The notes below the pieces were generated by a model. It was not told the DNA's origin. It made no database searches and worked only from the letters and a program-made list of their open reading frames with translations. A stretch of DNA of 64,000 nt, from positions 5,471-69,470 of IMG/VR virus record IMGVR_UViG_3300017963_002783, one strand, 5' to 3'. Of this stretch, positions 19,421-30,300 are shown piece after piece (position 1 is the stretch's first letter; every line of letters begins with the position of its first letter). A program made the translations under genes and the position numbers. This DNA comes from a virus.

Positions 19421-20371
19421 ATGAAGAAACTGTTGAAAAAGCTGTTTATTCTTTCGATGGTTGTGGCTTTGTTTGGGATTTTTACTGCTCCGGCAGCTCA
19501 CGCAGGGTACATCCATTTCACGATTACCGTTTACAAGGATACGGGTTATGCCACCTCTGCGGGTGGGTATACCCAACTGACAAGCGGGGTCCAGTACATT
19601 GTGCTGGAGGATACCGCCGATTCACTTGAAACCATCTACAGCGATACTGCCGGGACTGCCATGACGAACCCGGTTACGGCCACCGTGTTCAATACTACGG
19701 ACGACATTGATTTCTATGTGTCCGACGCGGAGACTGCCGTTGACATTATCGTTGTGGATAACAGCGGTGGGTACACCGCCATTCTGGACAACTGCACCAC
19801 GAGCACTCATACTTGCATTATTGATGAAACACCCGGAGTGCAGCACAAAAATATCATCTGGTATTGTATGTACTCTTCGGGTGCCACGCCGCGGGCGAAC
19901 GCTTTGGACGGCAATATTGATACCGAAGTGGACCTCCTGGACGGCATGATTGTCCACGATGTGCAGATCGAAGTTGTGCAGGCAAGTGCCGGATCATCCA
20001 TTGGTCTTTGTGTTGGTGGGGGTTCTACTGGAGAAGGTGACATTGATGGGTTTGTCGGTCCCCAAGATGTCGATGTCGGTGTAGGTAGAATCGTTGCTAC
20101 CAAGAACCGTGCTATTCGTACTGCTGTTGCTTGTCCATATTATGGGGCGTTTTTTACTCATGAAGTCGGAGACAATGCAGCAGCGTTTTGCGACGGCACG
20201 GAGGATGTTTCCATTTATTGGGAAGGCCCGGCATTTCCGTACCAGGTGAACGGGGCTCATTGCCTGAGTTACAGGATTTCCTCTTCCGACAGCACAGCTA
20301 ATACCGCCCAGTGGTTTAGTTCCAGTGTCGGCTGGGGCTTTATCCACTATTGGGTGAGCAAGCTCCGCTAA
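19421..20371 (+). CDS. Signal-peptide-bearing beta-rich protein (possible decoration/surface protein)
   Basis: MKKLLKKLFILSMVVALFGIFTAPAAHA-G; Thr/Asp/Gly-rich mature region; RBS GAGGAGG. Confidence 0.7.
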   Translation: MKKLLKKLFILSMVVALFGIFTAPAAHAGYIHFTITVYKDTGYATSAGGYTQLTSGVQYIVLEDTADSLETIYSDTAGTAMTNPVTATVFNTTDDIDFYVSDAETAVDIIVVDNSGGYTAILDNCTTSTHTCIIDETPGVQHKNIIWYCMYSSGATPRANALDGNIDTEVDLLDGMIVHDVQIEVVQASAGSSIGLCVGGGSTGEGDIDGFVGPQDVDVGVGRIVATKNRAIRTAVACPYYGAFFTHEVGDNAAAFCDGTEDVSIYWEGPAFPYQVNGAHCLSYRISSSDSTANTAQWFSSSVGWGFIHYWVSKLR

Positions 20372-20394
20372 AACCGTAAACCTTTAAAAACCGA

Positions 20395-20431
20395 AAAGGG
20401 GTCTTGGCTTTGTCGTCAAGGCCCCTTCTTT
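20395..20431 (+). terminator. Rho-independent terminator
   Basis: AAGGGGTCTTG pairs with CAAGGCCCCTT, followed by CTTT. Confidence 0.6.
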
Positions 20432-20451
20432 ATCAGGAAAGATAAACAGGT

Positions 20452-21585
20452 ATGCCCGAAAACCGCCTGAACTCTACGGTAAAGTTAATGCTGGTCCTGT
20501 TCGTGATTCTGCCTTTCGGGATCATATCGAACGGTATTCTGCACCAGAGCCATAAGTACGGCATGGTGATTATCGCCCTGGCTTTGTTCGGCTCACTGAC
20601 GCCCAATCGCTGGTTCCGGTATTTCGTCTGGTACTGCGCTTTGTGGCAGATCGTGTTGTGCCTGAAATGGATTTACGCCGGAATTCCACCGAAGCAGGCC
20701 CAGATAAGCTGGAAGTTCACCTATTTTGCCATCATTTTTATTGGCATTTACCTGATCGCAGCTTACAGCCGAATCAAGAAGGAGTGGTTCTACAATGCGA
20801 TTTGCATAGCGGCGTTGGTGCATTTTGTGATCGCCATATTTCAACTGTTCGATTGGGATCCCGTTATGGTCACTCTCCAGGCCATCTACCGGGGGGACGT
20901 GCGGTTCGATTTGAAGCCCATATTCTTTTTGGGCTATCAGATGAAATCCCTCACGGGCATTCTGGCGAACAACAATTTCCTGGCCTGTTTTCTGGTAGTC
21001 GCTTTGCCGTTCTTCGTAAGGCCCAGATGGTGGCCTGTCGGCATCCTCATAGCCATTATGGTGTTGAGGCTGTTTACCGTGACGGCCACATTTGCAGCCT
21101 TTGTGGGCGGCATTTACTATTTCCGTAAGGACATTATGGCCAAGAAATGGCTCCTGGTCGTCCTGTTAGCCATCACCGCCTTTATTGTCGTCACGAAGCA
21201 AAGCCTGACCATTCACCTGTTTTCCTCTCCCATGCCCGACCGATTCGAGTGGTGGCTATGGGTGTGGAACAACATGCAAACCCGATGGGAGTACATGGTG
21301 TTCGGTCTAGGCCAGGGAGCCATCTGGCTTTACAACTACCCCATCCATAACGAGTTCGTGGAGTTCTTCTATAATTTCGGGATAGTGGGAATGCTGTTCC
21401 TTGTGCCTTTCCTGCTTTCCGTGCCCAGACGAAACAAGAGGCTTTACACGGCCTTTATTATTTTCTCCATCACCTGCATGGGAACGTATCCTATGCACCT
21501 GGCCCAGCACACCTTCATGATTGCCATGATTCTGGGCCTCCTAGAGAGGGAGAAACTTACATGCCAATCGAGTCCTACACCGTAA
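20452..21585 (+). CDS. O-antigen ligase / O-oligosaccharyltransferase-like polytopic membrane protein (Wzy_C type)
   Basis: About 10-12 hydrophobic segments, G.L.NNN.LA, R...W, and HNEFVEFFYNFGIVG, the HN motif of WaaL/PglL-like proteins. Confidence 0.75.
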   Translation: MPENRLNSTVKLMLVLFVILPFGIISNGILHQSHKYGMVIIALALFGSLTPNRWFRYFVWYCALWQIVLCLKWIYAGIPPKQAQISWKFTYFAIIFIGIYLIAAYSRIKKEWFYNAICIAALVHFVIAIFQLFDWDPVMVTLQAIYRGDVRFDLKPIFFLGYQMKSLTGILANNNFLACFLVVALPFFVRPRWWPVGILIAIMVLRLFTVTATFAAFVGGIYYFRKDIMAKKWLLVVLLAITAFIVVTKQSLTIHLFSSPMPDRFEWWLWVWNNMQTRWEYMVFGLGQGAIWLYNYPIHNEFVEFFYNFGIVGMLFLVPFLLSVPRRNKRLYTAFIIFSITCMGTYPMHLAQHTFMIAMILGLLEREKLTCQSSPTP

Positions 21586-22637
21586 CCGGCCTGTTTGAAG
21601 GCTATACGTTCTCCGAACTAAAGGAACGCACCCTCCAAAAACTCCGCCAGAAATCCGAAAATTACGACCGGTACTCCGAAGCCAAAGTGGAGAATGCCCT
21701 GAACGATGCCCTCATTAAAGCTGTGGGCATGACGGGATGCCTCCGGGCGTTCGCCATTATCCGCATGAAGGACGGCTTTTCCCAGTACAAACCCCCCACC
21801 CAGATGCTCAAGCCCACCAAGGCCTTCTTTTACCAATCGGCTACAAGCTATTACGAGCTTCCCCAGAAAACCCGCGCATGGCTCGATAAGCACAAACGCG
21901 GCTGGAGGGCCATGGACGGCGACCCTTTGTATATGTATCCAGGGGACAGCTACGGCAATCTCCGCAAACTCGGGTTCGCGCCTACCCCCGACACGGACGG
22001 GAACGATTACGCATCTTCGCCCGACAGCGGAATTTACGCTTCGGAAAGTTCCATGGAGACTTCCGGGAACGTGGAGGGGGTGAATAACGCTGCCCACGCC
22101 ACTATCTGCACCGACAGTGACGGGAGAACCCTATCCGACGAGGGGGTTCAGGTGGGCATGATGGCCGTGAACGTCACGGACGACTCGAGCGGTCAGATTA
22201 CGGCAGTATCCGGGTCCACGTTTACCGTCACGCTGGCAGGCGGGACGAACAATACGTGGGCTGTCGGAGATAGTTTCATGATTCTCGCCGGGGAGTACGG
22301 GGTCGTAGTGGACTGGACCAACGAGGAGCATTTCCTGTTCACAGCGGATATTGGGGGCATTGCGGACGTGGAGACCCTTGTCGGGAACGTCTACCTGGAG
22401 TTCACCAGGCGACCTTTAAAGATGCACCTGAACAACCACAAACCGGAGTTACCCCCGGAGCTTCATATCTATTTGCCTGACGGTGCGGTGTGGTTTCTGA
22501 AGCGGGACGCCCCGCAGGGCTCGAACGATTACCAGATGGCTGTTACGGCCTGGCAAGCCTTCGAGAAGGGCATCAAGGGGGACTACATCGATCTCGAGAG
22601 CGTTATGGAAGACAGTTGCCTGACGGATTATCACTGA
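21561..22637 (+). CDS. Head-tail adaptor-like virion protein with a beta-rich insertion
   Basis: Position after the capsid module; TFSELK.R, ALNDA and PELPPELH motifs common in podophage adaptors. Confidence 0.55.
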   Translation: MPIESYTVTGLFEGYTFSELKERTLQKLRQKSENYDRYSEAKVENALNDALIKAVGMTGCLRAFAIIRMKDGFSQYKPPTQMLKPTKAFFYQSATSYYELPQKTRAWLDKHKRGWRAMDGDPLYMYPGDSYGNLRKLGFAPTPDTDGNDYASSPDSGIYASESSMETSGNVEGVNNAAHATICTDSDGRTLSDEGVQVGMMAVNVTDDSSGQITAVSGSTFTVTLAGGTNNTWAVGDSFMILAGEYGVVVDWTNEEHFLFTADIGGIADVETLVGNVYLEFTRRPLKMHLNNHKPELPPELHIYLPDGAVWFLKRDAPQGSNDYQMAVTAWQAFEKGIKGDYIDLESVMEDSCLTDYH

Positions 22638-22638
22638 T

Positions 22639-24399
22639 ATGCGCGAACCGATCGAAATCAGATTCACGGGCGGGATAAACAATCAGGACACTCCCCTGGA
22701 CTGTTTTGTCCAGAGACAACTGAAGAGAGTCCCGGTGCTTATCAATGCCGACACGGAATTGAGCGGCAAGATTATTCCCTTGAGGCCGAAACGTGCCATG
22801 AACTCTACCGTTTGCGGGGCCAGCGTTCATACCATTCTCAAGGCTAACCTGACCATCCTGGTAGGGGCGGGGGATAGCCTGTATTACCTGGACAGTGACG
22901 ATGAACCCGTCCTGCTGAAGTCCGGCCTGAACGATTACAACTTTCACATGGCCCAGGTGGGCAACTGGGTGTACGGGACGGACTATTACGAGAATTTCAG
23001 CGTTTATATCGGAAGCGACCCGCCTGTTTATTGCAGTTGGGGCCATGCCGTGCCGGAGTCTCCCCCTACGGTAGTTGCGGGCGCGGCGGGCAACCCGGAC
23101 GGCACGTACATCTGCTATTACAGGTACAAGATTACTTTGCCTGACGGCACGATACTCAGGACGGGTTTATCGGAAGGGGCGAGCGTAGACGTTACGGGCG
23201 GCAAGAAAATCGAGTGGTCGGCTATGGTTCACGCCTCTTACACGGGCGCCACGGCGGTTCAGATAGAGCTGTTCAGGACCATGAGCGGCTGGTCGGCTAC
23301 CTATCTGGTGGCCACTATTGACGAGGGCACCACGGCGTACTCGGACAATGTGGCTGACGCTACGGTTCAGGCCAACACGGAGTTCGACGAGACGGGCTAT
23401 TATCCCCCACCTTCTTCCGCTATCCGGCACGTCTTTTACCACGAAGGGGCTGACAGGGTGTTTGTCGCTGTGGGCGGGGATGTGTACTGGTCCGAGCCGG
23501 CTCTTTATAACGTATTCGTCTATAACGAGAGGGCGGCTGAATACACGAACGTCAATAGCGTTTTCCTGGGCAGCCAGCGAGAAATTACCTGCATGGCCCT
23601 CCTGGACGAGCAGCTCTATTTGGGCGCAGAGCACACCTGGCGCCGTCTAAGGGGAACGGATCCGGCATATTGGGCATGGGAATCCGTTGGGGGAGCCATT
23701 AAGGGTCCCATGGACGAGCGTAACGCCGTGGTGACTAAATGGGGCATCATCTACCCGGGAAACGACCATGCCATGTGGATATTCAATGGGTTCGAGACGG
23801 ACAGGATTATCACGTGGTTCAGGCCCGGGGGCTACGGTTTTCCCTCCTCAACGTCCTTTGCCATCTTTGACGGCAGGTTCCTGAGCCTCTTCCTTTCGCC
23901 TACCGCGGGCCTGTACGACTACCCGGAGTTCCGGTTCGACTTCCTGAACTATCCGACAGAAGCCCCGCGAGTGGTTGTCAGCAGCCGAAACCCGAGCGCA
24001 GCGTTTTACCACAACGATTCGGACGAGATTTATTTCGGCACGGAGGACGGCTACATCCAGAACGATACTGACGTTACGACCGATGTGACCATGAGTTTCT
24101 ACACCCCGGAAATTCCAGTAGAGGGTATTACGAAATACGGGGACGCTGCGACCATGTATGTCGATTTTTGCAGCGGCGGGGACCAGCTCAGTATCTCCGT
24201 GTACCTCGACGAGTCAACCGATGCAGACGACCTCACGGCTATCACAGCGGCCACAAGACAGCGGAAAGCCATCCCCCTATTGGAGTATCCTTCCCGGACC
24301 ATCATGCTTCAGTTCAGCCTCACGACTCACGAACTCCTGGCCGAAATTAGGGAACCTTTAATTATCACAGGGGACGAGGATGCCGACCCAGCGACCTGA
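22639..24399 (+). CDS. Tail nozzle/stabilisation-like virion protein
   Basis: FTGGINN N-terminus, VYWSEP, beta-propeller-like composition; follows the adaptor gene. Confidence 0.6.
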   Translation: MREPIEIRFTGGINNQDTPLDCFVQRQLKRVPVLINADTELSGKIIPLRPKRAMNSTVCGASVHTILKANLTILVGAGDSLYYLDSDDEPVLLKSGLNDYNFHMAQVGNWVYGTDYYENFSVYIGSDPPVYCSWGHAVPESPPTVVAGAAGNPDGTYICYYRYKITLPDGTILRTGLSEGASVDVTGGKKIEWSAMVHASYTGATAVQIELFRTMSGWSATYLVATIDEGTTAYSDNVADATVQANTEFDETGYYPPPSSAIRHVFYHEGADRVFVAVGGDVYWSEPALYNVFVYNERAAEYTNVNSVFLGSQREITCMALLDEQLYLGAEHTWRRLRGTDPAYWAWESVGGAIKGPMDERNAVVTKWGIIYPGNDHAMWIFNGFETDRIITWFRPGGYGFPSSTSFAIFDGRFLSLFLSPTAGLYDYPEFRFDFLNYPTEAPRVVVSSRNPSAAFYHNDSDEIYFGTEDGYIQNDTDVTTDVTMSFYTPEIPVEGITKYGDAATMYVDFCSGGDQLSISVYLDESTDADDLTAITAATRQRKAIPLLEYPSRTIMLQFSLTTHELLAEIREPLIITGDEDADPAT

Positions 24400-24817
24400 T
24401 AAGGTAGTTTTCGAACCCATCCGGGAACCCCACAAGGCTCTTCCCTACTGGGACTGGTTCGCTAATTCTCGCTTCTTTGCCCGCTATCCCATCGGGGCCC
24501 TGGAGTCGGCTTTCGGGCAGGTACTCAACCGGGAAGCTATCGCCATTGTGGGCTTCCTGAACGGGGAGGCAAAAGGGTTCGTTATTATCAAGCCCAAGCA
24601 GGAACCCCATCCCACGGAACCCAAACTGATAAGCGTATGCGAAGTGGTCCAGATTTACGGGTATCGCTACCTGTATAAGTTCCGGGACGAATTCTTCTCA
24701 TGGCTCAAGGGCTTCGGGTACGAAAAACTCAGAGGGTACAGCAATGCCCAGGACAAGGCGTTCGAGAAACTGTTCGATATGACTAAAATCTATTCGGTTT
24801 ACGAAAAGGAGTTTTAG
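24380..24817 (+). CDS. Possible GNAT-fold protein preceding the ejection proteins
   Basis: Size and position match T7 gp13-like genes; weak GNAT-like pattern only. Confidence 0.4.
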   Translation: MPTQRPDKVVFEPIREPHKALPYWDWFANSRFFARYPIGALESAFGQVLNREAIAIVGFLNGEAKGFVIIKPKQEPHPTEPKLISVCEVVQIYGYRYLYKFRDEFFSWLKGFGYEKLRGYSNAQDKAFEKLFDMTKIYSVYEKEF

Positions 24818-24819
24818 CT

Positions 24820-25623
24820 ATGTGTTTTGGTGGACCAGGACCAGGGGCAGGAGGCCCCACGGCAAGTCCGGGAGGAGGCATGATGTTCGGCGCGACGCCC
24901 GCACAGGGGGGTTTTGTCGCCAATGCGCCCACCCCCGCACCCTCTCCGAGCATGTCTTTCGGGGGCGGCGTTCAACAACCCGGATTCGTTACGAACGCAC
25001 CGCCCGGGCTACCCCCGTCACCCGAGCAGGGCATGAGTTGGGGAGGCGGTTTGCAGCAGCCGGGATTCGTCACGAACGCTCCGCAACCCCCGGCAGGCAT
25101 AGGAGACCAGAGCGGGGTACTCCAGAAGGCTAAAGACTTCCTGCTCAACCTCGTCACGGGACAGGCAGGGGGTGTGCTGGGAAGCCTGACGAGTCACCCG
25201 TTTGCCATGACCCCGCCTATCAGCTTGGCCTTGCAGACAGCGAAGGGCATATTCGAAGGCCAGAACCCGGACCTGGCTCTGGCTAATGCCATCCTGGGTC
25301 CCATGACGTTCGGCTTGATGAACCTGTCCGAACTGACCGGACAAGTGCCGGGGCAGGCGGGCAACCCAGCCCTTGGCGGTCCTGCCGGAACCATGCCGCC
25401 CACACCTTCCGGGGGACCCGTAGCGGGCCCATCCGTTCCAACTCCTGCACCTCAAATGATGGTCCCCCCTCCCATAGAATCGACACCCACACTTCCGCCT
25501 GTATCTACCACTATGCAGTTGCCGAACGTCCAGCCGAATCTTGACAGCAGCATTATGGCCTTCAAAGGCATACGCGGCAAGGGCAGGATGGCCCCGAAAC
25601 AAGACTGGCTTAACCTTCGATAA
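24820..25623 (+). CDS. Gly/Pro-rich internal virion (ejection) protein candidate
   Basis: MCFGG start; repeats of SxGGGxxQPGFVTNAP. Confidence 0.5.
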   Translation: MCFGGPGPGAGGPTASPGGGMMFGATPAQGGFVANAPTPAPSPSMSFGGGVQQPGFVTNAPPGLPPSPEQGMSWGGGLQQPGFVTNAPQPPAGIGDQSGVLQKAKDFLLNLVTGQAGGVLGSLTSHPFAMTPPISLALQTAKGIFEGQNPDLALANAILGPMTFGLMNLSELTGQVPGQAGNPALGGPAGTMPPTPSGGPVAGPSVPTPAPQMMVPPPIESTPTLPPVSTTMQLPNVQPNLDSSIMAFKGIRGKGRMAPKQDWLNLR

Positions 25624-25638
25624 AGGAGAACGAATAAG

Positions 25639-26370
25639 ATGTGCTTTCAATCCACACAACTTCAGCAACCCTCTCCGCAGGCAGGATTTGGAGGATTTAC
25701 CAATAATGTGATGCCACCCGTTACGGCTCCCTCTCCGACTATGGGGAGTTCCTGGTGGGGCAATCAGGCCTCTCCATATACCGGCTCCCCGGTTACGCCC
25801 ACCGTAACTACTCCTGGCCAAAGCTGGGGCGGGGGTGCCAATCAGCCGGGATTTATGACCAATCCGCCCGCCACGCAACCTCAAAGTCAGGTGGGTGGGG
25901 GTATGAACTGGATGGACCTTTTAGGCAAAGTGGCGGGTCCCGCAGCGATGGTGGGGGCAAGCATGATCGGGGCGAAGTCCCAATCCGGCATGATGCAGGA
26001 CCTGTCGGGGGCACAGCAGCAGAGCTACGATAAGTACCTCCAGACTATCAATCCCCCGGAAGCGGTCAAGCAAGCCCGGTTTAACGAACTCAAACAGGGT
26101 ACGCTCAAACAGGCCGGCACCGCCAGGAGACGTCTCGGGAGTCAAATGGCTTCCCGTGGTATTCGCGGCAAGGGTGCCGCGGCACCAATAGCCGAAACGG
26201 AAGAGGATATCCGGGACGCTATTAACAGGGCCTACTTCACCGTGTACGGTCAATACAACGTACCGGGGATGCCCCCGCCAGTCAATTACGCCCCCAGCAC
26301 GGGACAGCTTTTAGGATCCCAGGTGGGCGACCTCGGGACCCTTCTAGCTATGAAGCAAATGTTCGCGTAG
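25639..26370 (+). CDS. Internal virion (ejection) protein candidate
   Basis: MCFQ start, shared SWGGG..QPGF.TN repeat, MASRGIRG motif; RBS AAGGAG. Confidence 0.55.
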   Translation: MCFQSTQLQQPSPQAGFGGFTNNVMPPVTAPSPTMGSSWWGNQASPYTGSPVTPTVTTPGQSWGGGANQPGFMTNPPATQPQSQVGGGMNWMDLLGKVAGPAAMVGASMIGAKSQSGMMQDLSGAQQQSYDKYLQTINPPEAVKQARFNELKQGTLKQAGTARRRLGSQMASRGIRGKGAAAPIAETEEDIRDAINRAYFTVYGQYNVPGMPPPVNYAPSTGQLLGSQVGDLGTLLAMKQMFA

Positions 26371-26383
26371 GAGATTTTCGCAA

Positions 26384-27316
26384 ATGCCTTACGTCAACCC
26401 CTATCAGGTTTTATCCCCGTATCTCCAGCCCTCCGTTAAGACGGCGACTGCCCTTCTTCCTACGTTCTTGCAGCACAAGCGATGGAAGGAGGAAACCCCC
26501 GGGCGGGAAGCTGCAACCAAATACACGCAGGAACGGGCAAAACAAATCGAGGAAACGCGGCAACGCTGGACGGACATTATGACAGGGGGATTGCCGGGAT
26601 TTTCCAAACTCCTACCGGAAGGCGTGACTCCCGAAACCTATCTCAAAGCGAGACAGATAGGGGCTATCAGTCCTATGTCCATTACCCAGCCTTCTTATCA
26701 GTTAATAACAGCCCCTGGAGAGGGAGGGAAGCCCGTACAGCAATGGGTTGAGAAAGGCAAGGGGGGTCCTTTCCCCGCTTATCAGAAGCAAGCCTTACAG
26801 AGAAAAACTTACGATTGGTCAGACCCGCAGGGAAACAAGTGGGCCAGGGATTATGATTACGACTCTACAACGGGTAGTTGGGAATGGTCGGGGCCAGCCC
26901 GCATGACTCAGAGAGCCAAAACCCTTGAGGATATTTCAGCAGAGGCAGCGGCAAGGGCCAAGGGGACGGAGACAGTCGAACAACTCAGCCCCTCCCAGAT
27001 GATAAACCAGATGAAACTGGAGGCTATGCAGAGAGTCCAGGCGAATGTTGCTAACGAAAATGACCTTCTCATCCTTGGTTATCACAAAGACCCCGTGGCG
27101 GCATCGCTTATCGGGCAGCTTATGGACGGCATATCCATGGGCCTAGTAAGCGTAGAGGAGGGCGGGAAACGTAGGCCGCCCAACCAGGACGAAATCATGG
27201 GCATGATCAGGGAACGCCTGGACGTTTACCAGAAGGCTATCAACGAGAAGTACCTCGGGCCACAGCAGGCCCCTGTCGATCAACCCAATTTGCAGGACCC
27301 ATTAGGTATCCGATGA
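26384..27316 (+). CDS. Ejection protein candidate
   Basis: Ends in DPLGIR, a terminus often seen just before large injected proteins; RBS AGGAG. Confidence 0.5.
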   Translation: MPYVNPYQVLSPYLQPSVKTATALLPTFLQHKRWKEETPGREAATKYTQERAKQIEETRQRWTDIMTGGLPGFSKLLPEGVTPETYLKARQIGAISPMSITQPSYQLITAPGEGGKPVQQWVEKGKGGPFPAYQKQALQRKTYDWSDPQGNKWARDYDYDSTTGSWEWSGPARMTQRAKTLEDISAEAAARAKGTETVEQLSPSQMINQMKLEAMQRVQANVANENDLLILGYHKDPVAASLIGQLMDGISMGLVSVEEGGKRRPPNQDEIMGMIRERLDVYQKAINEKYLGPQQAPVDQPNLQDPLGIR

Positions 27317-30300
27317 ACCTTGCCGAAATAAGACAGAAATATCCTCAATATAGCGACATGCCGGATGGAGATTTGGCACAACGTCTTCACTCCAAGTTCT
27401 ATGCCGATATACCTTTTGAGGAGTTTTCCAAGAAGATCGGCTACGAACCCGTAAAGGAAGCGACACAACCTTCATGGGTAGGGGAACAAGCTGGCGGGGC
27501 ATTGGAGACCGCCCAGAATATCGGCAGGGTCTATCCTGCACTCGAAGCAGGGGCAAGCTGGCTAACGAATCTCTACGGTCTTCCCGCTTCTGGACTTGCC
27601 GCACTCGCAGGGTTGCCTTTCGGAAAAGAACAGGAATGGGCTGAGAAGACCCGTGAAGCCCTTATCTATCAGCCGCAGACGGAACGCGGTCAGCAGCTCA
27701 TGGGGCGGACTATGCTGCCTTTTGAGAAGCTACAAGAGGCCGCTGAATACGCAGGTGGAAAGACTCTTGAGAAAACCGGAAGCCCTGCCCTTGCAACGGG
27801 AGTCCATACAGCCATAGAAGCGGCACCCGTCTTGGTTCCCTTCGGCCCTAAGTTCGTCAAGGGTATCCGCAATAAGATTGTCAACTCAACTACATGGCGT
27901 AAGGCGTCTATCCCCGAACGAAACCTTATTATTCAGGATTTGGACGATGTTCTCAACAATCCTCAGTCAATAAAAAAGGGCGTTACGGAAGCGGATATTG
28001 TCCGCAAATACGGCGGGAAGTATTTTGAGCAAGCCCTTGAGCGCAGAATCAAAGGGGAAAGCAGACACACTTTTGCGGATATTATAGAGGAAGTGGAACC
28101 TACTGGTCCCCCACCCGTTCCCGGCATGTGGCAGGGGGAACCCCGCGCCGAAATGATGCCATCCAAGGAGTTTGCGACCACCCCTGTACGCGGCCCTATC
28201 CCGCAACCCCGGAAACCCATGGCAGGCCCGGGAGGTGGATGGGTAGAAGGTGCAGGGGAGATTAAAAAGCCCTACCCCGGCCAGAAAGCAATCCCGGTGC
28301 CTATCCCGAAGCTGGGGCCTCCACCTGAAGCACCTGTACCGTCAGGGCCTCCTATCCCTATGACGCAGGGCATAGGAAGCCAGGTGCCTTTCCCCGAAGG
28401 GTTTACGCAAGCAGGGGCGCCGCCTCCGGAAGAAATCGCCAAAGCCCTCGAAACCGAGCGGGAGACAGCGGCGGCAGAGGAGTTTGAGAAGGCAAAGGTA
28501 AAGGAAAAGCCAGAGAAATTCTCTAAGCAATGGTTAATGAGAACTTTTAAGGGTGATGTTTATAACCAAACTGGAGATTTTCTTGGAAGCGTTTATCTGG
28601 ACGGAGAGGAAGCGCATCTTTTAAAGATTGATGATGGTAAGGTAGTTGAGAAACTAGGCGTTTACAAACCTACCGATTTTGAAAAGGCCGGGAAACTTCA
28701 ACTGAGTGCTAGGCAATCCGTTCAGGAATGGAAACTGAAACAGCCCCCCCGTATCGAGAAAGGAGAGGTACGAAAAGCCGCTGCCTTCAGCCCCGACACT
28801 CTCCTGAAAGCCGCCACGGAAATCGACCCTGAGCTTGTCCATGTGGGCGTTAAGGAACTCCGCAAGAAGTTCCCCGATGTGTCTAAGGATGAGTTCGACA
28901 AGGCCGTCCTGAACCTTAGAGACAAGGGCGAGGTATGGCTCCAGAGAAGCGCAGCATCCCCCAAGGTGGCTGAAAAGATGGGCCAGGAGGTCGTAGTCGA
29001 AGGCGAGGACACCTATTCCTCTTTGAGTAAGAGGAAGCCTACTCCCCGTGAAGCGAAGGGGAAAGAGCCGTGGGAAAAAGCAGAAATTAGGGCAGAACAA
29101 ATTGATGATGCTGAAAAAATAGCCAAAGCACTTATCAAAGACAAGATTTCACGCAACAAAGCGTTCGACAGGTATGTGGCTCAACAACTAGGTCGTCCCG
29201 ATTTAACTGAGGGAGAGTTTTTAGAAATTTATGATAGATATAAAGCCGAATACCCCGACCTGAAGCCCGTTAAGGAGGAGAAAGCCCACATCCTTGCCCC
29301 CGACACGGTAGAGGGGGTAGAGGGGAACATCCTTTGGGAAGATAAGAACGGTGTGGTTTACGAGTCCTCCAAGCTGGGTTCGAAGCATCATGGTGACATT
29401 CCCGAAGGAGTGCGTCTCAAGATTGAAGATGTTGCTAGGCGGGGTTTTATATCGGAAGGGAAAGAAACGTGGCTAGAGAAGCCCATTCCGTTGCCGAAGA
29501 AGAAGCCTGTGCCCTTGAAAAAATCGGAGAAGGCTAAACCTAAACGAGTAACTGCCCGAGATTATTTAGAAGAAAAAGTTGTTGCTGGTGGAATTGAAAC
29601 GACTAGGGGTCAACTCATTAAGGAACTGCAGGCGCAAGGGGCAAATCGACAACAAATAGATATGTATTTGATGGGCTTGGAAACAGGGAAAGAAGCTAGG
29701 GAAAAGGCTAAACCAGAGAAGGCAAAGGGGAAGAAGGCTGAGAAACTACCAGAAGGTGCAGAACTCGTAGCGCGACACATGAAAAAGCCTGAATATAAAG
29801 GGGATTCGGAAATAGTTACAGAATATTATGTTACCAAAGCACCATCTGGTAAATATGAAATGTATCGAAGGCGATACAAAGATCAGGAAAAGGTTTCAGA
29901 AGATTTATTAACCCAAGAATGGACGAAAGAAAAAGCCGCAACAAGCTCTGAGACTGTTTTTTTGAATGCAGAAAAGTTTAATATCGGAAAAGAGTTGCAG
30001 AAACAGAAAGATGCCGAAGAAGAATTTAATAAGCAAGAGTATAAACTTCGTTCTGAACTTCAAGATTTGATTGATAAAGGAACAGAAGAATATCATAAAG
30101 AATTAAAAAAAGCCCGAATATACGGTAAGGCAGAAAAGGGTGAAGCCCCCCAAGAAAAGATAGATGCTATCGCGGCCAAACTAAAGCCCAAATGGGAGCC
30201 TCAAATTGAAGTAAAAAGGGCCGAACTAAAAGAATTTCGAAAAGGTAAAAAGAAGTTTATCGCTGATTTCTTAAAACCCCCCTCCAAGCCCTCTACTGAA

